DNA of 64,000 bases from an uncultured Candidatus Saccharibacteria bacterium (lineage in GTDB: Bacteria > Patescibacteriota > Minisyncoccia > Ryanbacterales > HO2-45-13). A model generated the notes under the pieces. It worked only from the letters and a program-made list of their open reading frames with translations, was not told the origin of the DNA and made no database searches. Every line of letters starts with the position of its first letter. The first letter of the stretch is position 1. Shown here piece by piece: positions 56,501 through 64,000 of this stretch. The position numbers were made by a program, and so were the translations under genes. The DNA is taken from positions 56,282 through 120,281 of the forward strand of contig CAYHBS010000001.1 of assembly GCA_964354975.1 (NCBI GenBank). Reading direction: 5' to 3'.

Positions 56501-58551
56501 TAACCATCAGTGTCGTCGTCCCCGCTATTTGCACATTGCGCTGGAGCCGCTCCTGATGGCGGCACTGCAACTGCAATATGTACGGTACGATTATACGTTC
56601 CGAGGTGGTTCCAGTGCATGCTGGTATTCCCGATGCTGCCTGCTGCTTTAGTGCTCACACCAAATTGTAAATAGTATGTTCCACCGTTTGTTGTTCGATG
56701 TATTTCAGTTTGCGAGGGATCTGCGGTCGCTACATTGGTAATTTGCCCCGTCATAAACGCATCAACGACTAAACTGTTTGCAGTACTCACACTCACGGTC
56801 ACATCTTTGATTTCACAGGCAGTCGGCCAACAGGGTGTGCCTTCATCTGACGCACTTGGAGCATCGGCTGCTCCCGAAAGTAACACCGCAGAAGCCGACT
56901 TTCCAGGCACTGACCCATTCCAAGTAATCACCACATTGCTGGTTCCCGCGGGTGGATCAGTCACATACCACGTGGACACACAACTATTCCAGCCGGATTG
57001 TTTTGTTGTTGTGGCAACCGCCCGTTGTGGAGTGCTTGCCCCATATGTCACTGAATTGACCGCACACCCCACTGCGTTATTTCTTTCGGCATACGTAGAA
57101 ATAATAAGCAGTTGATCGACGGAAGCACTCGGTACGGTGAATGGGAACGTGGCGGAGCTTGAAGTAGTAGCGGTAAATGTATTTGCCGTACCATACGGAT
57201 TGTCGTAGCGGTAATCGGAGGAGACAACGGAGGGGGGAGATGAGGGTGGCGCATTATATTCATCAGTGTCGGTGGAAGAAGTACAGCCCGGGTCACCTCC
57301 AGAAAAATCAATGAAACCATCGGCTGGGCTATCGTCCTCTTGTCCGTTGTTACATTCGACGGCAGCCGATAGGTTCGCCGCATTCACCCATCCATCAGTG
57401 CCTGCATCAAAATTCACTCTCCAATACCATACTCCTCCGCCATAACTTGGGGCACCGGTAAATCCATACGTTGGTGTAGCAACATTGATTACTCCTTTTG
57501 CATCTTGGGACTGCGTGCCACTCGATGTCATATTGCTTGTCGGAGCAAGTGCCCCCGCAGCAATTGGGTAGAGATTCGTGCTAGCCACTCCCACAACTAT
57601 GCGCTGTCCATTTGTAAACGTTGTGGGTGGTGTATGTGATTCGTCGTTGTCGGATGACGCTCCGCACCCCGGATCTGCGGCATCAATAAGAGAGTCTCCA
57701 TCATCATCTCCGCCATTTTCACACGCAAATGCCGGAGGCACCACAACTGCAACGTGCGCGGTACGGTTGTAGGTATAATTCAGCGGATCATCACTCCAAC
57801 TCATGGTGATGTTCCCGGGAATAGTGCTGACTTCCGTGCTCACGCCAAACCGCAATGTACTATTGGTACCAAGATTTGTTTGATTATGAATTGGGGTCTG
57901 ATTCGCCCCCACCTCGGGTGTGGTATTGAGTATTCCTGTCACAAATGAACCGAGCACTAAACTGTTTGCCGTACTCACGCTCACGGTCACGTCCTTGATT
58001 TCACAGCCGCTCGGCCAACAGGGGGTGCCCTCATCTGACGCACTTGGAGCATCGGCTGCCCCAGAGAGAAGCACTGCGGATGCCGCACTTCCCAATATTC
58101 CGCTCGTCGTCCATGTAATAACCACATCATATGTTCCTGCGGCAGGAAAAGAGGCGCCGTCGAGATACCGTGTATCAACACACGTATTTAATGATGATGT
58201 GTTTTTCGTTGTCGTCGCGACGGCTGCGAATAGTGGCGTGCCGTTATATGTAATGCTCTGCACGGTACACCCCTCAACATTAATGCGCCTACCATATGCA
58301 GAGACAAGGAGGAGTTGGTCTGCAACTGGGCCTGTGACTGTGACTGGGAATGTTGCTGATGTAGTCGTTGTTGCACTAAACGTATTTGCCGTACCGTAGG
58401 GATTGTCGTAACGGTAGTCGGAGGAGACAACGGAGGGGGGAGGGACGGCTTGCGCAGATGTCGATGGACTGTCGAATATCAATACTGCTCCTGCGATGAG
58501 CATGAGCAGTATGAGCGAAGCGGCGTAGTGATGCTTCTGAATTTTTGGCAT
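53581..58551 (-). CDS. Large secreted repeat protein (1656 aa)
   Basis: Signal peptide; duplicated module starting PPSVVSSDYRYDNPYGTANTF; many CxDxxDNDxD repeats; GWAWSETVGWISF Trp-rich repeats. Confidence 0.7.
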   Translation of the reverse strand: MPKIQKHHYAASLILLMLIAGAVLIFDSPSTSAQAVPPPSVVSSDYRYDNPYGTANTFSATTTTSATFPVTVTGPVADQLLLVSAYGRRINVEGCTVQSITYNGTPLFAAVATTTKNTSSLNTCVDTRYLDGASFPAAGTYDVVITWTTSGILGSAASAVLLSGAADAPSASDEGTPCWPSGCEIKDVTVSVSTANSLVLGSFVTGILNTTPEVGANQTPIHNQTNLGTNSTLRFGVSTEVSTIPGNITMSWSDDPLNYTYNRTAHVAVVVPPAFACENGGDDDGDSLIDAADPGCGASSDNDESHTPPTTFTNGQRIVVGVASTNLYPIAAGALAPTSNMTSSGTQSQDAKGVINVATPTYGFTGAPSYGGGVWYWRVNFDAGTDGWVNAANLSAAVECNNGQEDDSPADGFIDFSGGDPGCTSSTDTDEYNAPPSSPPSVVSSDYRYDNPYGTANTFTATTSSSATFPFTVPSASVDQLLIISTYAERNNAVGCAVNSVTYGASTPQRAVATTTKQSGWNSCVSTWYVTDPPAGTSNVVITWNGSVPGKSASAVLLSGAADAPSASDEGTPCWPTACEIKDVTVSVSTANSLVVDAFMTGQITNVATADPSQTEIHRTTNGGTYYLQFGVSTKAAGSIGNTSMHWNHLGTYNRTVHIAVAVPPSGAAPAQCANSGDDDTDGYIDAADPGCGGSSDNNESDEIPPTTFSNGQRIVVGVASASVYPISAGALSPTSGMTPSGSQVLNAGGAVTLSTPTYGFIGAPSYEGGAWYWRVNFDSGTDGWAADGNLILPAQCNDGQDNDTDTYIDLNDVGCSSTSDNDESDVESNPDASAACNDTVDNDGDGYKDRYDPGCAYADDDSELNRVSTTHTAGSRIMSDPDDPISNSTTVYKRGCFIHPGTGKGVCYHNGSVPNGCNDGIDNDGDSAIDFSSDTGCSSAADTTEVNTVAGLDACEDNIDNDGDGIIDYSADMGCTGPGDNHEHFLGVPKNVIGTALNSDPIYADNSNTGQYGKGAWFWEVDWDPAPGSPPAEYPGISYRGTDGYTCETCSRVAVQCEDKIDNDGDGQTDFGSDTGCVSLSDRSEDSALREITGWAWSETVGWISFADPNPSNDYGLNVDPTGLISGYAWNENIGWISFNKSQLGQCPAGLCEARVATSTGKVTGWARACLGTATASNEIPGTCATAADHPGGWDGWISLSKQANESIQYGVTISDCNYSGWAWGGDILGWISFSGATYSTLQYQVTGAEDGCASLVTFEIACDWKDDPENGEYVLDFLLATGETDSSTNGVRKADSDRRLNSRHGGAIILEATTTAATFPTPVPSGYYDIWLQIYDAHGGSGEGWYQKDESAYIELYNAASTTPGFSFEATPQGNRIGGSSPTTDIPDYVPNNIITTDRVNTNFFLPVDAVSARFSHKLFSELDQSGDVFPTDGTDPGNKPGAPPAAYACNDGVDNDVDTYKDYGEGSSNDPGCSSVTDNNEYNAFENTFWGMCVLLRKVGPAFELEVTSNETTFAVVKPVDESGTGNWKTNTIEVTATRLGGFTGDIKLKVDSVYVKCVDDEVTCSDAEFSTLQSSEYEARFSSGSTEGLIFDTDLNDTVTITILDASVLPGRYGVKLVGWDGACGADYVGCSKQNTIDIEFAIRPDKLYTPR

Positions 58552-58575
58552 TAGCGAGTGCTTATAATGGTGTTG

Positions 58576-59088
58576 TTATAAACTTTGCAACTCTCTCCAA
58601 TCGGCTGCGTTATTACACCCCGCAGAAAGTTCGCATAGATTGAATTTGTTCGAGGTAGTGTTAAAAAGAATAGTTCCTTGCACAGCAGAAATCGCATCTC
58701 GCTGGTACTCCTCCATTTTTGGCACAATTACACCCCCCTTAGCATTAGTTGTGATTGACAGCGCGCCATTACTTTCATCTATGTATACATCGGGTGTAGC
58801 CGCACCATTGTAGAATCCTATAGATCCTTCGACGGTCAAATCTCCAAACACATCAAGACAGAGACCTCCAAAGCCAGCGCATAGCCCAAGAGGCCCATTT
58901 TTCGACTGCAACACCGGACCCGTATTCAGTGGAGCATATATTTTTACAGTATTGTCATATCCAGGCGGCTCATCGTCCGGATAGATGAATGCCGACACTG
59001 AAAAAGCTGCGGCCACCACTGCACCGCAAACAAGTGCGACCGTAATATAAAATAATTCTCGTGTAGGTTTCATATAATTACAAACCAA
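58576..59088 (-). CDS. Secreted fiber-like protein
   Basis: N-terminal hydrophobic helix, PP..N...APLNTGPVLQSKNGPL motif and C-terminal GTILFNTTSNKFNLC...W. Confidence 0.55.
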   Translation of the reverse strand: MVCNYMKPTRELFYITVALVCGAVVAAAFSVSAFIYPDDEPPGYDNTVKIYAPLNTGPVLQSKNGPLGLCAGFGGLCLDVFGDLTVEGSIGFYNGAATPDVYIDESNGALSITTNAKGGVIVPKMEEYQRDAISAVQGTILFNTTSNKFNLCELSAGCNNAADWRELQSL

Positions 59089-59455
59089 ATCTTTTTAACT
59101 GCTCCTGTTCTCTCTGAAAAGTGTCTTCTGTTGGTAGCTCGTAACTTTCATTTTCAAATCGTTTTTTTTGGTCAATTAATCGTTGCTCTGCTTCTTCTTG
59201 TGGCAACATGTACGACCCTTCACGCAACCGCTGTTCCTGCTCAAGTCTTGCTTTCAAAAGCTCCTCACGGCTTGGCTCTGCATCACGAGTTACTACATAA
59301 AACATACCAATCACGAGGGCGATGAGTGCAACAAGTGCAATTGCCGTGACCACCGCGCCCTCACGCGTGAGCACATATGCTTTGATTTTTTGAAGAACTT
59401 CGTATCTTCGCTCGGCACTATGCCATTTCGGAAGTTGCGGGGTGTCCATATACAC
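59078..59455 (-). CDS. Single-TM hypothetical protein
   Basis: One TM helix followed by a charged helical tail. Confidence 0.6.
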   Translation of the reverse strand: MYMDTPQLPKWHSAERRYEVLQKIKAYVLTREGAVVTAIALVALIALVIGMFYVVTRDAEPSREELLKARLEQEQRLREGSYMLPQEEAEQRLIDQKKRFENESYELPTEDTFQREQEQLKRFGL

Positions 59456-59458
59456 CTG

Positions 59459-62400
59459 TTACTGTTCCCCGAGACTTTCACGTTCGTCTATGAGATAGGC
59501 AGGAATTAAGAGTATTTTATCTGCACAGGATCCTACAGTATCTTCAGCGCGAAGGCGCATAGTGAATTCACCAACTGGTTGGGTGCGAGAGTTGTCCAAC
59601 GTGAGGGTTATACGGAATGATCCGGAGCCAAGTGGAGTTGTTGTCTGATTTGCAATACGCATTGGTGCAGTATCTGACCCAATGATCACATCAGTGTCGA
59701 AGGAGAGATTGAGATTATTTGGATCAAATCCATTGAGACTAAGCACCACGTCTACCGAAAACGTATTTTGTGAATTGTTATCTTGCAAAATGAATGCCGC
59801 GGTCGGAGTTGTTCCTCCGACGAAGTTGAAGTTGTCAAAACATTGAACGGTATTGAGCGTAAGTGTATGTGTGTCACTTGTTTCTTCGCTGCCCGCCGTA
59901 CAGTTGATGGTATAGGTGACACTTGGTCCAGAAGAAGGTGCGGTGACACCAATGGTGTCATTCCCTGGTACGTTTGGATCGAATGTTTGATTCACTCCAC
60001 CTCCGGTGAGCGTACAACTTGCTCCCGTTGTGGGGCCATCGTAATTCACATCGAGATCAAAATCCTCACCCTGATCAACACTTCCAGGTCCATCAAGGTC
60101 TACGTCCGTGTAGACATCAACGTCAATCGTGTCCGAAACGGATGCGCCGCCGGATGCGCTCGTACAGGTAATAGTGTAGGTGCGATCCACGGTAATGGCC
60201 GAGAAGGAGTGTGTCCGCACTGTATTTTTGCTCCATGTACTACCAGAGCTTGAATCGAGCACACACGTTGCGGTGATGTCTGTTGTTCCCGTTGTTACGT
60301 TTCGCACGGTCCAGCGAAGGTCTGCTCCGGTTCCAACAATAATGCGTACGGGTCCATCAGTATATATACCACTCGATCTCGGTCTTCCCTGTAATGAAAC
60401 GCTAATCGGATCTGGCGGAGTTGCACTAATGTTCACTACAAATTTATCTATGGCGGGATTCCCGCTTATAAGCGTATTTGCATTGTCACACGTCAGAGTG
60501 AAGGTGGTGTCTGTGGTGAGTGCACCGGTGACGTATGTTCCACTATTTCCCGGAGTGCCAAAATCGACTCCGTCCGATGAGAGTTGGCAGGACTCGGCAT
60601 CAACAGACCCCCATGTAAGATCCACCGTGCTACCAGATGGAACCGTAATTGGACCATTAACATAATTGTATGCGGTTGGAGGGTCAGTTGGCTTGGGGGT
60701 CTTCCTTCCGTCGAGCATTGCAAGCGGACCATTGACATCAACCGTAATCGTGAAGTTCCCGCATTTATGTGTATTCGTCGAAGCTATGCCGGCAGCAGAG
60801 TTACCAATTGACCTCACACACACTTGGCCAGTATATGTGCCATCAGGAACGATCGCACCAACCGTGAGATCAAGAGGTCTAGTGCAGCGAAGTGGGTTGC
60901 CTGATGGAAGACAGCTGACAGTAGAATCATAATCAGCATTAATGCCCGCGGAAGCGATTGGGCTCGTTGGAAATGTCACACTTACCATGCGTACCCGCTC
61001 CACCGCCGAAAGTGGAGAAAGCCATGTGATGACAACGTTAGATCTCACTGAAGTGCCCCCATATGACGTGACTGTTGCAGGAGTCGAAGGAACTACGGTG
61101 AAATTGACACCCGGAGCAGGAGGATTATCAATGGTGAGTATAAACGTATCATTTGCCGTTCTCCCCCCAGCTGCCTGGGTGTTGACGCGAAGCGTGTGCG
61201 TACCCACCGGAGCGGCAGACGTGATAGTGAGCACGCGAGCGATCTGACAAGTCGGAGATGGTCGACACAGCTGTCCGATCAATGCCGAAGCGGAAATACT
61301 TGAAGGTAGTGATGTGTTGTCTGCAAAAGTAACACTCGTGATACGCACGTCTTCGCTTGTGCCGGCGGTTCGAGTGATGAGAATCGGAATATTTTGAGTT
61401 ATAGAACCAGATGAAGGGCGAGTTACGGTGGTTTCCGCATTTGGCGCATCAACTGTGTAATTAAATGTGCTGCAGAAATTCACGCAGAGTTGAACGGTAG
61501 TATTGCGTATTGTTGACCCATTCACACCACGTACATTTACCGTGTATGGTCCGTCGGGCATACCTGATGGCACCGTGACATTCATTCGCAAGACGCACGA
61601 GCCCGTGCTTGGAATACAGGAGGTGGAGGGTGAAAATGCCGTGGTAATTGTGCTGACTGTCGCGCCCGATGAATTCGTTACTGTTGCTGAAAGATTCACA
61701 CTCGCCGCAGTACCTGCGGTGCGTGTGACAGTGATATCAGAATACTTGGTGGCGGGCGCAGTATATGGTATCGATATTGGATTTCGAGAGAGCGAGAAAT
61801 CAAATGTTGGCGCATCTTGCACCGTAAGCGTAGTAGTATCTGATTTCAGAATTCCTGTTGCGCTACGCGTGTTGGTCGTGAGCGTATACGTTCCTGCAGT
61901 CGCGCCCGATTCGATATCGATTAACCCGGTTGTAACGCATGGCGTACCAGAAATTGGCGTACATGAAGCGCCTGCCCATGATGGGTTTATTGCTGATGAA
62001 GCGGGAGAAACTGTGATGCTTGTGATAGTGACTACTTCATTTGTACTGCCCGAAGTCTTGGTGATGGTGACGGGAAGTGGTTCCGTAATGGATCCTGAAG
62101 CCGCCTTCACCACCGTAATCGCCGTTGGGGCAGCAATCGAATAGTTATATGGCGCAACACATGCGTCCCCGGTTCCGACTATTCCATAAGGGGATCCATT
62201 GGTTGCCGAATCCATAAAATTAATCCAGCCGAAGTCATCACTCCACGCGTACCCAGACCACTGACACGCGGACACGGAGACACCATATACAGCACCAGTG
62301 GTCGCAGTCCCACGAAGGCGCACCCATCCTCCATTTGGCAGTTCACTACCTAAGATGAAACGGGCCCATCCGGTAACTTGACCGGTAGATTTGTTTAACG

Positions 62401-62779
62401 CTGCCTGACAATTTGGTGCCGTCGGGCAAGTCGATGTATCAATAGAATTAAACGAAAGCCAGCCAATATTGTCCGTTTTTGTTATTGAATTTGTGGCCAT
62501 CCATGGAGATAACATCGCTCCTGCATTCGTATCTTCCGGGTTTGCCCATGCATACCCACTGATAACTCCCGTAGACGATACTTTCACTCCATAACCAGCG
62601 CCGCCCGTTGGTGGATCGGTATCATTAAAACTGATCCATCCGATAGTCTCTGACCAGGCAAAACCGGACAGATTATCAGTGGTTGCTGCAGAAGCCGGCT
62701 GAAACGCAAACATCGCAAGCGCAGCGAGCGCAAGCGTCCCGATGAAGAACCATTTATACTGTTTAACGGCAAGTATCAC
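59459..62779 (-). CDS. Large secreted Thr/Ser-rich Ig-like repeat protein (1106 aa)
   Basis: Signal peptide, N-terminal GFAWSETIGWISF repeats, repeated beta-sandwich units (GTYTLT, TYTITC). Confidence 0.7.
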   Translation of the reverse strand: MILAVKQYKWFFIGTLALAALAMFAFQPASAATTDNLSGFAWSETIGWISFNDTDPPTGGAGYGVKVSSTGVISGYAWANPEDTNAGAMLSPWMATNSITKTDNIGWLSFNSIDTSTCPTAPNCQAALNKSTGQVTGWARFILGSELPNGGWVRLRGTATTGAVYGVSVSACQWSGYAWSDDFGWINFMDSATNGSPYGIVGTGDACVAPYNYSIAAPTAITVVKAASGSITEPLPVTITKTSGSTNEVVTITSITVSPASSAINPSWAGASCTPISGTPCVTTGLIDIESGATAGTYTLTTNTRSATGILKSDTTTLTVQDAPTFDFSLSRNPISIPYTAPATKYSDITVTRTAGTAASVNLSATVTNSSGATVSTITTAFSPSTSCIPSTGSCVLRMNVTVPSGMPDGPYTVNVRGVNGSTIRNTTVQLCVNFCSTFNYTVDAPNAETTVTRPSSGSITQNIPILITRTAGTSEDVRITSVTFADNTSLPSSISASALIGQLCRPSPTCQIARVLTITSAAPVGTHTLRVNTQAAGGRTANDTFILTIDNPPAPGVNFTVVPSTPATVTSYGGTSVRSNVVITWLSPLSAVERVRMVSVTFPTSPIASAGINADYDSTVSCLPSGNPLRCTRPLDLTVGAIVPDGTYTGQVCVRSIGNSAAGIASTNTHKCGNFTITVDVNGPLAMLDGRKTPKPTDPPTAYNYVNGPITVPSGSTVDLTWGSVDAESCQLSSDGVDFGTPGNSGTYVTGALTTDTTFTLTCDNANTLISGNPAIDKFVVNISATPPDPISVSLQGRPRSSGIYTDGPVRIIVGTGADLRWTVRNVTTGTTDITATCVLDSSSGSTWSKNTVRTHSFSAITVDRTYTITCTSASGGASVSDTIDVDVYTDVDLDGPGSVDQGEDFDLDVNYDGPTTGASCTLTGGGVNQTFDPNVPGNDTIGVTAPSSGPSVTYTINCTAGSEETSDTHTLTLNTVQCFDNFNFVGGTTPTAAFILQDNNSQNTFSVDVVLSLNGFDPNNLNLSFDTDVIIGSDTAPMRIANQTTTPLGSGSFRITLTLDNSRTQPVGEFTMRLRAEDTVGSCADKILLIPAYLIDERESLGEQ

Positions 62780-62799
62780 AAATATATGCGATTAGCCGA

Positions 62800-63627
62800 T
62801 TAGAGTGCCGACCACTTAGGCGCTCCTCCTACATTCTTACAAATATACGCAGTATCGTTCGACCCACCCACGAGAATAATTTTACCTCGCCATTGATTAC
62901 TGCAATTGCTCCCCGCCGCAGCACCGACTGCAAAGTCATTAATTTGCTGAGCGTCTGCTGTAGTGACTACTCCATCTCCATCAACATCAGCGCGGCGATA
63001 TTCGGACATACCAACTCCAACAGTTCCAGCTGCGATTTGTAGCGCACGCTGGCTGTCCAGTACAGTAATGGTTTTATCATTATTAACGTCTCCAACCATT
63101 CCAATAGCAAGCTCTGATCCGTAGACAAGCTGCTCTGCTTTCTCTTTTGGCTGACCAACGGCTCGCTGCATAATAATGAGCGCATCGGCAATATTTACTA
63201 CTCCATTACCATCAACGTCGTGAGCCGCATATTCAGCCTTAGAGACAAAATTATATTGGTTATCGAGATAACGAACGACACGTAGCGCATCTGTCGCGGT
63301 AGTTTTATCTGCTCCTTCAGTATAAATTGATCCGTCGATGTAAATTGATCCGTTAATATCAACCTGTGCTCGCAATACGTCCGTTCCGGTGTTAAATCCA
63401 GCCTTCCCCGCTGCTACGACAAACGAATTTTGATTTATCGTGGCTGTTCCTCCAACAATAAGACCTCCGGCCTTCATCTGCGCTATGTTGCTTTTATTAA
63501 TCGGCGCCTCTGGATTACATCCTGGAGGTGCACAGGCGGGCGGGGCCGCAAGCATTTCAGAAACTCCTGTAACAAACAACACCCCGAGCACAATGACCGC
63601 AATCTGTTTTATGAACGTAGACTTCAT
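62800..63627 (-). CDS. Secreted protein with dockerin type I-like Ca-binding repeats
   Basis: DVDGNGVVNIADAL, GDVNNDKTITVLDS and ADVDGDGVVTTADA; N-terminal PP..NPEAPIN....QMKAGGL motif. Confidence 0.7.
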   Translation of the reverse strand: MKSTFIKQIAVIVLGVLFVTGVSEMLAAPPACAPPGCNPEAPINKSNIAQMKAGGLIVGGTATINQNSFVVAAGKAGFNTGTDVLRAQVDINGSIYIDGSIYTEGADKTTATDALRVVRYLDNQYNFVSKAEYAAHDVDGNGVVNIADALIIMQRAVGQPKEKAEQLVYGSELAIGMVGDVNNDKTITVLDSQRALQIAAGTVGVGMSEYRRADVDGDGVVTTADAQQINDFAVGAAAGSNCSNQWRGKIILVGGSNDTAYICKNVGGAPKWSAL

Positions 63628-63649
63628 ATCTTTATATTAAATAATTAAA

Positions 63650-63895
63650 TTATTCACCGCTCTCTTCAGCAGGAGCAGTGTTCATTGAAAGTAATAATTC
63701 GTAATAATCGCCCAACGTATCCGAGGATTCCGTATTCATAGAAGCAAGTAACTCGTCATATTCCCCCTTTTCAGAAAGCTTGCCTCCTACTGAACGACCA
63801 TCTTGAGTGAGCCACCCGACCATACCCCACACCATTACCAAAAATATCACAATCATGCCCAAAAATTGCTTGGTCGTGAGCTTCTGGTTTTGCAT
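63650..63895 (-). CDS. Small single-TM hypothetical protein
   Basis: TM helix and an internal repeat YDELLASMNT/YYELLLSMNT; TACACT -10 box 6 nt before ATG. Confidence 0.55.
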   Translation of the reverse strand: MQNQKLTTKQFLGMIVIFLVMVWGMVGWLTQDGRSVGGKLSEKGEYDELLASMNTESSDTLGDYYELLLSMNTAPAEESGE

Positions 63896-64000
63896 ATATC
63901 TAGTGTACAGCCGAATGCGCCCACGCGCGCGAGTTGATGTGGATAAATAGCGCGCGTCGGCAATGTCTAATTCCTAATGACCAATCATAAAAGCACAAAA

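Noticed and set aside
42710-58551. Repeats in surface genes as a diversity-generating retroelement TR/VR pair
   Set aside because: No reverse transcriptase in the window, the repeats are in-frame domain duplications, and I saw no adenine-specific mismatch pattern.
63938-63946. Single perfect DnaA box (TGTGGATAA) near the window end
   Set aside because: One 9-mer alone is not evidence of an origin, and the flanking context is cut off by the window edge.
1-64000. Alternative genetic code (UGA read as Gly, as in Gracilibacteria)
   Set aside because: Conserved genes are full length under code 11, and several (rplM, rpmE, rpiB) end at TGA at the expected position.

Overview
This 64-kb window comes from a reduced bacterial genome, most likely Patescibacteria/CPR (Parcubacteria-like). 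That assignment is inferred from truncated AlaRS, RF1 and EF-Ts, an FtsA-like plus baseplate-J-like gene pair, a leaderless-type gene layout and giant surface proteins. The genetic code is standard (TGA is used as a stop). Most genes are on the minus strand: the end of the alpha ribosomal operon (infA to rpsI), alaS, mnmA, mltG, an ECF sigma/anti-sigma pair, a tRNA cluster (Trp, intron-split Thr-GGU, and Tyr on the plus strand) with rpmG, clpB, htrA, an ArsR-iscS-nifU-ferredoxin Fe-S operon, a CsoR-CopA copper operon, tRNA-Thr(UGU), tsf and rpsB (rpmE and prfA on the plus strand), a sugar-phosphate cluster (fba, pfkB, split transketolase, rpe, rpiB, gap) and about 19 kb of repeat-rich secreted proteins. 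The main highlight is a tRNA-centred mobile system. It has a compact 200-nt group I intron at position 36/37 of tRNA-Thr(GGU) and two paralogous free-standing HTH-LAGLIDADG-like genes, each directly upstream of a tRNA-Thr gene. One of these genes ends inside a duplicated tRNA 5' fragment. A structured mini-element flanked by a 20-bp duplication of the tRNA-Tyr 3' end lies nearby. Other notable signals are degenerate 8-bp intergenic arrays in inverted arrangement, orphan genes with their own promoter, Shine-Dalgarno site and terminator among otherwise leaderless genes, and a 2.8-kaa surface protein with duplicated heparinase II/III-like modules. All calls come from reading the sequence by eye; no searches were run.
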